Origin: Octopus vulgaris
Lineage: Eukaryota
NCBI GenBank assembly: GCA_951406725.2
Contig: OX597823.1
Location: 39,680,001 to 39,744,000 of the forward strand
DNA: 64,000 nucleotides
Direction: 5' to 3'
Part shown: piece after piece, positions 53,145-64,000 of the stretch
How the letters are laid out: each line of letters begins with the position of its first letter
Numbering within the stretch: the stretch's first letter is position 1
Made by a program: the position numbers and the translations under genes
The notes under the pieces: model-generated
Databases searched by the model: none
What the model saw: only the letters and a program-made list of their open reading frames with translations
What the model was told of the DNA's origin: nothing

Positions 53145-55120
53145 CGTTTTTCTTTGAGTTTTATATAAGTTCTTAAGAGAATTCAAGCCGGTCACTAACA
53201 AAGTGACAAGACTTTTTGAGTTGAGAGAGTTCCCGGTCTTTGTAAATATGTGATCGAGTTAGTGTGTTGGTTGAAATGTCAATACATACCTACGTGCGTG
53301 CAACTATTCATCTAAAGAATCTGAGTTAGAGAATCTTTAGAATGTCTTCACTGTGCCAATTATAGATTGAGTTTGAAGAATCCGCATCAGTTTCTTTTGA
53401 TCTTTCTTCGAAGAATAATAATAAGTATTTCTAGGTTTTTGCGAGAATTTGTTAGTACAAAAATTAATGCACCTATGATGATAGGTATAAACGAGAATCT
53501 ATAGTCAGGATACCACAACTGTAAGTTCCGCATTAACTCACCATAAATGTTTTCCTTTTCCTGGACTTTTGATGGTACATTCACATCCGCTGGGCAGCTG
53601 GCCTCTACAACATTGCATATCTTTTGTTCCCTGTCCCACAGAACAATATCTGGTCTGTTATGTTTGCACTGAATTGATGTTTTTATTGGGATGTTCCACC
53701 AATATTCCTTGTTTTTAAAGGTGTGAATACCTGCTGGTTCTGACGTGCCTTTGATGTATTCGTCAGTGCAGTCCTTCCTGCTGATAGCATTGTAAATAGT
53801 CTTTGCAACTATTTCATACGTCAGGGAAAGGTAGTATCTCATAGACATTTTGGGACAGCTACTGATAATGAAGGTGATATCTTCCACACTGATATAGTAG
53901 AGCCCACATATCTTATCACAACATGGAGCTGTGGTGCTATCTTTGTCTGTCTTGTTTTTCAGGTATATAGTAGCTATCTCCTGTTCCTGAATGGCGAAGT
54001 CATATCCTTCTAGGTGAGTTGTAATGCATCTGTTACAGGTCCGGGAGACTACTCTTATTGTCTATGTTGTCGTTGGCCTCTAGTCCACAGGATATGTACC
54101 CATACCTTGCTTTTTACTGGCATGATGCCTACTTCTCCTCCAAGCTTCTGTTTAGGTAAGCCAGTCCAGCTTCCTTTGGGTCGCATGGGACTGTTGTATT
54201 TTGAGAGTACCTGGACAGTAGTTCTCCAACACTGAAAATGTTGTTGCTCTCACTTTTGAATAGGCATGGATGTATTTACTTCTTTCTTTACTTTTCAGCA
54301 GATGTTGTCCGAGTGATACAATACGGCATTCTAAGGATATTTGGACTGACCTTATACCGCTACTACCATCACTTCGTCTCACATAGATCCAATTGGTGTC
54401 GCTGTTAATATGCAAGTTGCTTGTGGTGGCCAGTACCTTGCTGGTTTTGATGTCCGGGCTGCGTTTCTTGCCGAGTATCCAGTATAATATCCCACATGTT
54501 GGTACTAATACTGGCACTGCAAAAGCATGGTGAGATATGGTCTTGTTAAATGCAAACAGCTCTGGGTTCCATATTTTCTGGAGTCTGCAGTACTCTTTTG
54601 TTATTCTGGCTTTCGTCACAGGACCAACGTATGCAACATTCTCATCAATTCCAAGAAACTTGTAGTCTTCATCATTAGAGATATGGAAGATAGACAAGCC
54701 ATTGATGTACATGTTCTCTGGATGGGCAAGAATCTTTCCTCTGTTGACTATAAGCATTTAACTTGCCCAAACTCATATCTTCATATCTCAGTCTCGCAAG
54801 AATATTGTCCAAAAGCTGGGATCTTGAATTTGAACTACTTATTCTCTCGCTATTTTGCAATGTGTATGTATGTATGTATGTATGTATGTATGTATGTATG
54901 TATGTATGTATGTATGTATGTATGTATGTATGCATGCATGAATGTATGTATGTATGTATGTATGTATGTATGTATGTATGTATGTATGTATGTATGTATG
55001 TATGTATGCATGTATGTATGTATGTATGTATGTATGTATGTATGTATGTATGTATGTATGTATGTATTTAAATTCCAAAAGTCATAATAACTGGAGGGAG
55101 AATCCCTAGTGACGCCTTTT
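53145..55120 (-). pseudogene. R4/Dong-clade non-LTR retrotransposon remnant (RT C-terminus, zinc knuckle, RLE)
   Basis: DYKFLGI (RT), degenerate CCHC (EDITFIISSC), WWNIPIKT..HNRPDIVLWD..VEASCP..EKENIY..IPIIIGAL; frameshifted, with a (TATG)n tract at 54860-55065. Confidence 0.88.
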
Positions 55121-55264
55121 GCATGAAGGAGATGTAGTTAAGCGGAGCGTGAGTGATCACGTATAATGTAGAATGTCCATTGTTAGTTTAACAATGTTAT
55201 TAATATGTGAAACAATTCCTTTTCATCAGAATTTTAGGATTAATAAATTGATTATCTTTTTAAC

Positions 55265-55603
55265 TTTTACTTGTTTAAGTCATTGGATTGAGGCCATACT
55301 GGAGCACCGCCTTAATGGGTTTTACTTAAAGGGTTTTTACTCAAACGGAATGAACCCCAGTACGTGTTTTTTTAAGCTTGGTATTTACTCTATCGGTCTC
55401 TTTTGCCGAATAGTTATGATACAGGGACGTAAATAAACAACACTAGCTGTCAATCAGTGGTGGGAGCCAAACACATACACACATACATACACACATACAT
55501 ACATACATACATACATACATACATACATACATGCACGTGTATGTATATATATGTATATATGTGTGTACATGTATATATGCATGTTTATACACACACACAC
55601 ACG

Positions 55604-55670
<67 letters not shown>

Positions 55671-55853
55671 GCACACACAAAGGGCTTCTTTCAGTTTCTG
55701 TCTATCAGATTCTCACACAAATCTTTGGTCGATCCAGGGCTATTGAAGAAAACACTTGCAGAAGGTGCCACGCAGTGGGACTGGACCCGAAAAGAACCAT
55801 GCGGTCAGGAAGCACAGCCGGGCCTGCGCTTATTTTAACCACACACCTACGCC
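55265..55853 (-). mobile_element. SINE family B with expanded internal microsatellite
   Basis: Homology to 11004. Confidence 0.75.
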
Positions 55854-56067
55854 TACAATATTAGTAATTTATTACAAAATAACATTTGTAGCAGTGATCC
55901 CAAAAAATTACTTTGCCATGATAACGTTCATGAACCTTTTAAACTCCAGCCTGCCTGATATCGCCCTTAGTTCTGTAATACAGATTTTCCTATTTCAAAG
56001 CCACGCAAATTAAGACTTACTATCAAAATTTCATTTTAATTTGTGTTTCAAGCACCAACTTAATATT

Positions 56068-57040
56068 GGTTTCAGATTTTGGCACTAGGTCAGCAAGTTC
56101 AGGGGTAGGTCGAGTACATCGATCCCAGTACTCAACTTGGTATTTATTTCATTGACTCTGAAAGAATTAATGACTAAGTCAACCCCGGCAGAATTTGAAC
56201 TCAGAACATAAAAGCAGACGAAATGCTGCAAAACATTCTGTTCAGTGTGCTAACGATTCGGCTAGCTCACCGCCTTATAAAAACACCAACTTAATAATGA
56301 CAGTTATTTCATTAAATTCTTCATTATTTTCCCATGTAATTGGAACAAATTCAGTGTATTTTGCAAAAATATGTTAACAACTGGGTAACCAATTATCGCA
56401 AAATGTTGCGTGTTTTAGTTGTTCTAAGTCAACAAATAGACGATCGACAACAGAGAAACTATTTGAATAAGAGGCCTCTTCACAGTAGCTTAACTTGTTA
56501 GAAATAGCACCTAAGTGTGCCTTATAAAGGCATGTAGGCAAGTGTACTCGAGATACTGTACTCCTAGATATATAATGCATCTGGAGTCACATTATTTTAA
56601 GGAGGGAACGATTACGGTTTGAATGCATTGCATCGCAGATATTTCTAGCCAGGGTCAATATGAGATACCGAGAACCACAGTAACGACAAGAGCAGCAACA
56701 ACAACAACAAGTGAAAATTACTGACCAACGTTTAACATTGTCTGCCAAAGCAAGCGGTGAGGTGGCAGAATCGTTAGCATGCCGAGCAAAAAGCGTAGCG
56801 GCATTTCGTCTGCCTTTACGTTTGAAACCGATATTATTTGCTGAAGCATGTCAGGCAAAATGATTAGCAACATTACGTTCGTCTTTATGTTCTGAGTTCA
56901 AATTCCGCCAATGTCGACTTTGTATTTCATCCTTTCGGGGTCGGTAAAATAAGTGCTAGTTGAGCACTGGAGTCGATATAATCGACTTAACCCCTCCACT
57001 GAAATTAATGGTCTTGTACCAAAATCTGAAACCAATATTA
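56068..57040. mobile_element. SINE A copies (-56068-56275; +56754-57040)
   Basis: Family A cores. Confidence 0.7.
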
Positions 57041-57398
57041 TCTACCGAAGCAGCGACATCTGCTGAACCATCCGTTTAAATAGTAAGGTACATTAGTTTC
57101 AACGATATATGTTCTTCATACATCATGACAAGATCTGATTATGAGCTCCGTCCACTCCGACCATGTAAATAAATAATCACAGACTTTTCCCCTTTAATTC
57201 TTTAATGGTCAGAAGACGAAGAGCTGATATTATGACCGTTTTCGCTGGTGAGAGAAAAGAGGGAAGATATTCTCAGACTAGAATGCTTTCCACATTCGAC
57301 CCCGCTAAAACTTCCTAAAGAAGGTCAGCTGATGGTTTTAAACCGGGTTCTGGATTAAGTCTACCAGCCAAGCTAACAAATAGGTGTAATATCTTATC

Positions 57399-57654
57399 CA
57401 GTGTTTCTTAACCATTTTTTTTTACCTATGGACCCATTTAATTCCTATTTTATTCAGGTGGATCCTCATAACCATTTCAGGTTTATTTTAAAGTCCTATG
57501 ATATTTTTATAATTATTATTTGGAATTGCATTAGGAAATTGTTAAAATATTTTGTGCATTGTAAAAGTATAAACAATTTACTGCACATAACCTTTAGCAA
57601 CAAAATTCTATACGAACCCCCAAGGGTCATGTGGACCTCCGATGAGAACCTCTG
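57399..57654. mobile_element. hAT-type MITE
   Basis: CAGTGTTTCTTAACC ... GATGAGAACCTCTG termini; homologous to the ends of 12786-13642. Confidence 0.65.
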
Positions 57655-58313
57655 GTCTAATTATTAAGGGTTTGGTTACTTTGTACTGCTAAATGTAAAT
57701 CTTGTTTGATGTGGCTCTGGGCTATGATACACTACCATGGGATTACACCATGGTTGTATTTTCTTAAGTGGATATGTACCGAACAAATGTTTGCTGCTAA
57801 TGTTGTGAATGGTGTCTTTGGAAGCAGCGCATTGAAGGAGCGGAACGACATTACGAAGTAAAACAAAGTGGAGAATGTAAGATGAATGTGTGTGTGAGAG
57901 AGAGAGGGGAGACCGACAGAGAGAGACAGAGATAGAAAGTGCGAGAGAGAGAGAGAGAGAGAGAGGGGGGAGTAAATAAATGTGTGTATGTCATATAGAG
58001 AGGATGACGGGAGAAAGAGAACGTATGCGAGAAAGAAAGTGTGTGTGTGTGATATAGAAAGGATGGTGGGAGAGAGAGAGAGAAAGGGAGAGAGAGTTAC
58101 AGAAAGGTGAGACTGTAAGTGAAGAGCAGAAGTGTTGGGGGGGCCGAGCAAGTGTTTTCCCGCTGTGGATCTGATGTGGAGACAACAGTGCATAAAAACA
58201 AACAAAACTACACTCACATACATACACATATAAAAAAAAACACACATGTATGTGTGTGTATGTGTTTATCGAAATATACTCTCTCTTATGGAACACTTGC
58301 ATGTATTATATAA

Positions 58314-58366
<53 letters not shown>

Positions 58367-58565
58367 GCATGGATATTAAATATTTGGTATATCCAAAAGC
58401 AAGGTTTAGGAAATTACGATGCTCATGCCTGTTTCCAAAGGTATTACCAGAAGAGAAACAGTTCCAGTTAGGCAATAAATCTGAGTAACAGATCGTGACA
58501 GAACGGAACGCAAATGGCGAACTATGGGGGGCAGCCGTTTCTACGTAATAAGAACAACGGAAATA

Positions 58566-58596
58566 ATGATGACGACGACGGTGATGGTAATGAAGA

Positions 58597-58628
<32 letters not shown>

Positions 58629-58644
58629 ATGATGATGATGGTGT

Positions 58645-58676
<32 letters not shown>

Positions 58677-58698
58677 GTGATGATGGTGATGGTGATGG

Positions 58699-58739
<41 letters not shown>

Positions 58740-58764
58740 GTGATGATGGTGATGATGATGGTGG

Positions 58765-58811
<47 letters not shown>

Positions 58812-58823
58812 GTGATGATGGTG

Positions 58824-58855
<32 letters not shown>

Positions 58856-58870
58856 GATGATGATGATGAC

Positions 58871-58913
<43 letters not shown>

Positions 58914-58920
58914 GTAATGA
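58566..58920. repeat. (GAT/GGT)n tract
   Basis: Direct reading. Confidence 0.95.
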
Positions 58921-59259
58921 AGATGGCGGCGATGTGTCTTGCGCACGACTTCATCGCCAAAGCTGTCATATTTGGCGTGTATTTGTGTTTAAGCACGCGT
59001 ACACACACACACACACACAGACACACACACACACACACACACATAAACACACACAAACACACAAACACACACACACACAGACAGAAAGAATTGTGTGAGT
59101 GTGTTTATTAATATATATATGTAAATATATATATATATATAAACATACATACATATACATATATATACATTAATACAAATATATAATATATATGTACATC
59201 GGTATATACACATATATATTTATATATGCATATATATAGATATATAAATATATATATGC

Positions 59260-59290
<31 letters not shown>

Positions 59291-59328
59291 TGTATGTATG
59301 TATGTATCTATCTATCTATCTATCTATC

Positions 59329-59384
<56 letters not shown>

Positions 59385-59664
59385 CATACATACATATACA
59401 TATACATATACATATAATCTGTATTTTTACGCAAGCAAACGTACGCACTCATGCACCCGCGCATGCACATACATACACCTTTTCCTGTGCGCGCGTATTT
59501 ATATCTCTATCTGTCGACGTGACGTCATATCTTACCGACAAAGCGATAACTTGACATCAATGTTGATTTTACTTTTTCACATCAACAAACCAGGCTTTAA
59601 TCTACTCCCTCCATCTCATTCTTTTTCCACTTTAACTTCATATTGCTCCTCCATCATTCTCGGT

Positions 59665-60560
59665 TTCTTCTTCTTCTTCTTCTTCTTCTTCTTCTTCTTC
59701 TTCTTCTTCTTCTTCTTTTTCTTCTTTTTCTTCTTCCTGTTTTCCGTTTCCTTCTTCTTCTTCTTTTTCTTCTTCTTCTTCTCTTCCTCCTCCTCCTTCT
59801 TCTTCTGCTCCTCCTCCTCCTCCTCCTCCTTCTTCTCTTCCTCCTCCCCCTCCTTTTTCTTCTTTTTCGTCTTCTTTTTCTGTTTCTTCTTCCTCTCCTC
59901 CTCCTCATTCTTCTTCTTCTTCTTCTTCTTCTTGTATTTCTCCTTCTTCTTCTTGTATTTCTTCTTCTTCTTCTTCTTCTCTTCCTCCTCCTCCTTCTTC
60001 TTCTTCTCCTCCTCCTCCTCCTCCTCCTTCTTCTCTTCCTTCCCCTCCTTTTTCTTCTTTTTCGTCTTCTTTTTCTGTTTCTTCTTCCTCTCCTCCTCCT
60101 CATTCTTCTTCTTCTTCTTCTTCTTGTATTTCTCCTTCTTCTTCTTGTATTTCTTCTTCTTCTTCTTCTTCTTCTTCTTTTTCTTCTTGTTTTCCGTTTC
60201 CTTCTTCTTCTTTTTCTTCTTCTTCTTCTCTTCTCCTCCTCCTCCTTCTTCTTCTTCTCCTCCTCCTCCTCCTCCTTCTTCTCTTCCCCCCTCCTTTTTC
60301 TTCTTTTCGTCTTCTTTTTCTGTTTCTTCTTCCTCTCCTCCTCCTCATTCTTCTTCTTCTTCTTCTTCTTGTATTTCTCCTTCTTCTTCTTGTATTTCTT
60401 CTTCTTCTTCTTCTTCTTCTTCTTCTTCTTGTATTTCTTCTTCTTCTTCTTCTTCTTCTTCTTCTTCTTCTTCTTCTTCTTCTTGTATTTCTTCTTCTTC
60501 TCCTTCTTCTTCTTCTTCTTCTTCTTCTTCTTCTGCTTCTTCTTCTTCAGCTTCTTCTTT
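59665..60560. repeat. Homopyrimidine (TTC/TCC)n tract with higher-order ~200-bp duplications
   Basis: The block TTTTCGTCTTCTTTTTCTGTTTCTTCTTCCTCTCCTCCTCCTCATTC..TTGTATTTCTCC occurs three times. Confidence 0.9.
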
Positions 60561-61531
60561 CGTGTTCCTTTTCCTTTTCATTTTAATTCTCTTCTTCATC
60601 GTCTTTTCTTCTTTTTCTTCATTTTAAGTGACAATATAAGACGGCAAGTTAACAGAATGAGAGAGGAGAGAGGGAGAAAGAGTAGGGGTTAGAGGCAAGT
60701 GAGAGAAAGAGACAAAAGACTCAATGAATATCTCCTTATCTTCTTTCATACTGCTTCCTTCTCCTCCTTCTCCTCTTCATCTTCAACTTCATCATCATCA
60801 TCATCATCATCATCAACCATCATCAATGTTGTGATCCATTTCTAAACTTCTCTTCTTTTAGTCTCCGCCACTCATTAACCTATCTTTCTTTTATTTTTTT
60901 GTTCCTTTTTACTCATTTCTATTCTTCTTCCCTTATCATTCTTTAGTCACCCCCCCCCCCCCCGCCACTTCTAGCAATCTATCACCATTCCCTTCTCATT
61001 TTTCTCTTTTGTAGTCTCCTTCCTCTAATTTCTATAACTAAAACTCTCAGTCTCTTTCTTTCTCTCTTCTCTCACACACTCTCCTTTTCTCTCTTCCATC
61101 TTCTCTCCTTCTCTGTGTCTCTTCCTTTCTCTCTCCCTGCCGCCCTCCCCTCTCTCTCTCTCACTCACTAATGCACTACCACTTCCACTCTCTTCCCTTC
61201 ACCTCATTTATCCTATCTCTCCCTCTCTCTCCTTCCCTCTCTCTTTCTCTGCCTTACCCTTTCTTTCGCCCCTTTGCATTATCCCCCCCCACTTTCTACT
61301 GCTATAATTTCCATCACAAATATCTCTACTCTCTCTCTATTTCTTCACCTTTTCTATATCACCCTCTATTTCCTCACTCTCTTCCTCCCCTTCGCTTCTT
61401 TCCTCTCTATCTATTTCTCTTTATTTTTCTTTCTCATTTCCCTTTGTTCCTTCATACGCCTCATTCCTCTCTTCCACTTCTCAGCTTCTTCTTTGCATGT
61501 ATATCGTACTTTTTTCTAACCCTCGCTCAAC

Positions 61532-61587
<56 letters not shown>

Positions 61588-61588
61588 A

Positions 61589-61640
<52 letters not shown>

Positions 61641-61653
61641 ATCTATCTCTCTC

Positions 61654-61704
<51 letters not shown>
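61532..61704. repeat. (TCTA)n microsatellite
   Basis: Direct reading. Confidence 0.95.
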
Positions 61705-61705
<1 letters not shown>

Positions 61706-62381
61706 CATCCCTTTGTCTATATTTGCCTATCTATTGCCCATTCCTCTCTCTCTTTCTCACTCTCTTTCTCCCTCCTCTCTCAAGGGAAATTATTTGTCGT
61801 AATCTTATCTAAGCGATATTTCTCACCAAGACAAGAGAAGCAGTCGTGACGTATGTGGAACAGTTTTATCTGCGACTCGAAACCAGGTCGCGACAAAGGC
61901 TGAGAATTTGTCATAGACTCTGGTGACAGTGATAGTTTCTGACACAAGGTCTCAGATAAAGCAAATCTAAGAAGTAATGCTGTTCATGCCATTCCCAATG
62001 GTCTCAGTGATTTAAATGACCGTAACAGAAACACCGATCCAACGAACAACCCTTTGTGTGGTCATCCAGTTTGCGAGAAACAAAAGCCAAACTTCCCTTA
62101 AATAACATCCTACCATCTTGGAAACAAAAAGGAAAGCAAAAAAAACAATAAAAGAAAGAAAACAGAAAAGACAAGACACATTTAATTATGGAGATAACCA
62201 GCATATATATAAGAATTTGCTGGGTTAACTATGCTCATTGTTCAGTTCCATCACGGTTGTTTGGAGGTAGTCAATAGCAACACCTAGTTGGGTGTCCAAT
62301 AAAGCAGCTTCAACGTGGTCCATCGACATGCTACAGATAGTAGTCGAATAGCCCCAAATCATAATATTTTGTCGTCGTCGC

Positions 62382-62530
62382 CTTCTTCTTCTTCTTCTTC
62401 TTCTTCTTCTTCTTCTTCTTCTTCTTCTTCTTCTTCTTCTTCTTCTTCTTCTTCTTCTTCTTCTTCTTCTTCTTCTTCTTCTTCTTCTTCTTCTTCTTCT
62501 TCTTCTTCTTCTTCTTCTTCTTCTTCTTCC
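62382..62530. repeat. (TTC)n microsatellite
   Basis: Direct reading. Confidence 0.95.
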
Positions 62531-62749
62531 TCCTCCCCTCCTCCTTCCCCTCCTCCACCTTCATCTTCTTCTTCTTTACATGTTTCCAAAAAGCACGAGA
62601 GATACTTTATTGTCTTATACGTATCACTAAAACGTATAGAGGGTCACGGCTGGATTGATTATGATAATAGATTAGCTTGATCAAGGATATCTTGGGATGA
62701 AACTTGTGCAACAGCCACAATAGCAACAACAACAACAGTAACTACAGGA

Positions 62750-62998
62750 CATCACTGTTCCAGAACTCATTGAACAGAAGCTTAACACGGTTTCCATACC
62801 GCAAAAGTGATCTGAGATCCCAACGTACCCCTGAACGGACGACCGTCCGTCACAAGGTTGCTCATTTACAGCTGAATGGAATGGAATAATGTGAAATGAA
62901 GCGTTTTGCTCTAGAACACAACCCACCGTCTGATCCAGGGATCGAAGTCCCTGATATTGCGATTGTGAATGCAATACCCTAGCTATGCTCCTTCACAC
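62750..62998 (-). mobile_element. SINE family C, diverged
   Basis: CATTTACAGCTGAATGGAATGGAATAATGTGAAATGAAGCGTTTTGCTCTAGAACACAAC. Confidence 0.6.
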
Positions 62999-63002
62999 AA
63001 TA

Positions 63003-63541
63003 CAGTAATCCTTCTTCATATCGCGGTTTATTATTTAAGCTTACGTCATTTCCTCCGTGGTGTTGTTTTGCATTTATAATAAGATAAATATATACAAATT
63101 ATTGTTTATTCCTTCTCGAGCCACGCCTGGCTCATTAGGGCCGGTTTCCCAGTTTCCTTGGCGTATAGGTTCCCCACCTGAACGGGACGTCGGTCCGTCG
63201 CAGGTGAGCTGCAAGATGCAGGAGGAAAGAGTGAGAGAAAGTTGTAGCGAAAGAGTCAGCAGAAGTTCGCTATTACCTTCTGCCGGAGCCGCGTGGAGCT
63301 TTAGGTGTTTCGCTCATTAACATACACATCGCTCGGTCTGAGATTCGAACCCGCGATCCCTCGACCGCGAGTCCGCTGCTCTAACCACAAGGCCATGTGC
63401 CTCCACTATATACAAATTATAAAGATAATTTTTAAAAAAGCATACAGTACAGTACTGTTTCTACTTCGCGGATTTTCACCTGTCCCACGGCGGGGTGGGC
63501 GGTGATGGAACGTAACACCCACGATAGTTGAGGGATTGCTG
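63003..63541. mobile_element. Tigger/pogo-like MITE with nested SINE
   Basis: TA|CAGTAATCCT...ATCGCGG ... CGATAGTTGAGGGATTGCTG|TA. Confidence 0.65.
63105..63407 (-). mobile_element. tRNA-derived SINE (family D head, different 3' tail)
   Basis: GGAGGCACATGGCCTTGTGGTTAGAGCAGCGGACTCGCGG..GGTTCGAATCTC; tail CTGCGACGGACCG..GGAAACCGGCCC is shared with 14280-14340. Confidence 0.8.
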
Positions 63542-63719
63542 TACATCAGAAAGTAAGACAAATAAAATGAGAGTAATGTAGCATTGACCAACCTTAGTTG
63601 GCAAATAATTCACAATTCACAGCACAAGCAACTTTTTAAAATAAAAAAAAAAAACCGAAAAATCCTCCGAGATTGTGAAGATCCTTAATTTCCGTACCAA
63701 TTGCCATGTGATAGTAGCA

Positions 63720-63840
63720 TTCATTGAACTGATAATTAGACAACGCGAAATAAAATGCTTTGCTTAAGGATACAACGCGCGTATCGAAACCACAATCTTG
63801 CAATCCTAAGTGCCACACCCTAACCACTTAGCCACGCGTC
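63720..63840 (-). mobile_element. SINE family C head
   Basis: GACGCGTGGCTAAGTGGTTAGGGTG..GTTTCGATAC..CCTTAAGCAAAGCATTTTATTTC. Confidence 0.6.
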
Positions 63841-64000
63841 ATCACCACTACCACCACCAACAACAGCAACATCTTAATCAACTGGAATGTTTGAGTCTAG
63901 TTTTGGCGGGAACATTACCTTCTTATCTCTATTTACCTAACCCTGCCAGTTATCTTCTCCCTAGTGTATCACCTCGCGCCTCACTAATTTCTTTCTTCTT

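Noticed and set aside
58266-59111. Poly-His/Asp/Met ORFs
   Set aside because: (GAT)n tract with no flanking coding signal.
59266-60692. Long ORFs (453 and 349 aa)
   Set aside because: Translations of stop-free TTC/TCC microsatellites.

Overview
Eukaryotic, AT-rich, extremely microsatellite- and transposon-dense non-coding DNA (intergenic or large intron). The SINE repertoire and the TA/CA/TATG/TTC/AAT microsatellite load point to an octopus (coleoid cephalopod) genome; this is an inference from recalled repeat sequences. No host protein-coding exon could be supported: nearly all long ORFs are translations of simple repeats or SINEs. Recognisable coding remnants are all decayed TEs: mariner and Tc1 transposases, R4/Dong-type RLE LINEs and an RTE 3' end. 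Non-autonomous elements include several tRNA-derived SINE families, two near-identical Helitron-type elements, and hAT, Tigger-like and mariner MITEs. The most notable signal is a well-formed type I hammerhead ribozyme fold at 40201-40270. It is accompanied by degenerate or minimal hammerhead-like motifs, several inside inverted-repeat cassettes next to (TA)n tracts, which suggests Penelope-like or retrozyme-like non-autonomous elements. Other points of interest are a perfect 12 x 21-bp array at the end of an (ATT)n-embedded element, SINEs apparently inserting into their own family, and several long foldbacks. All structures were folded by eye.
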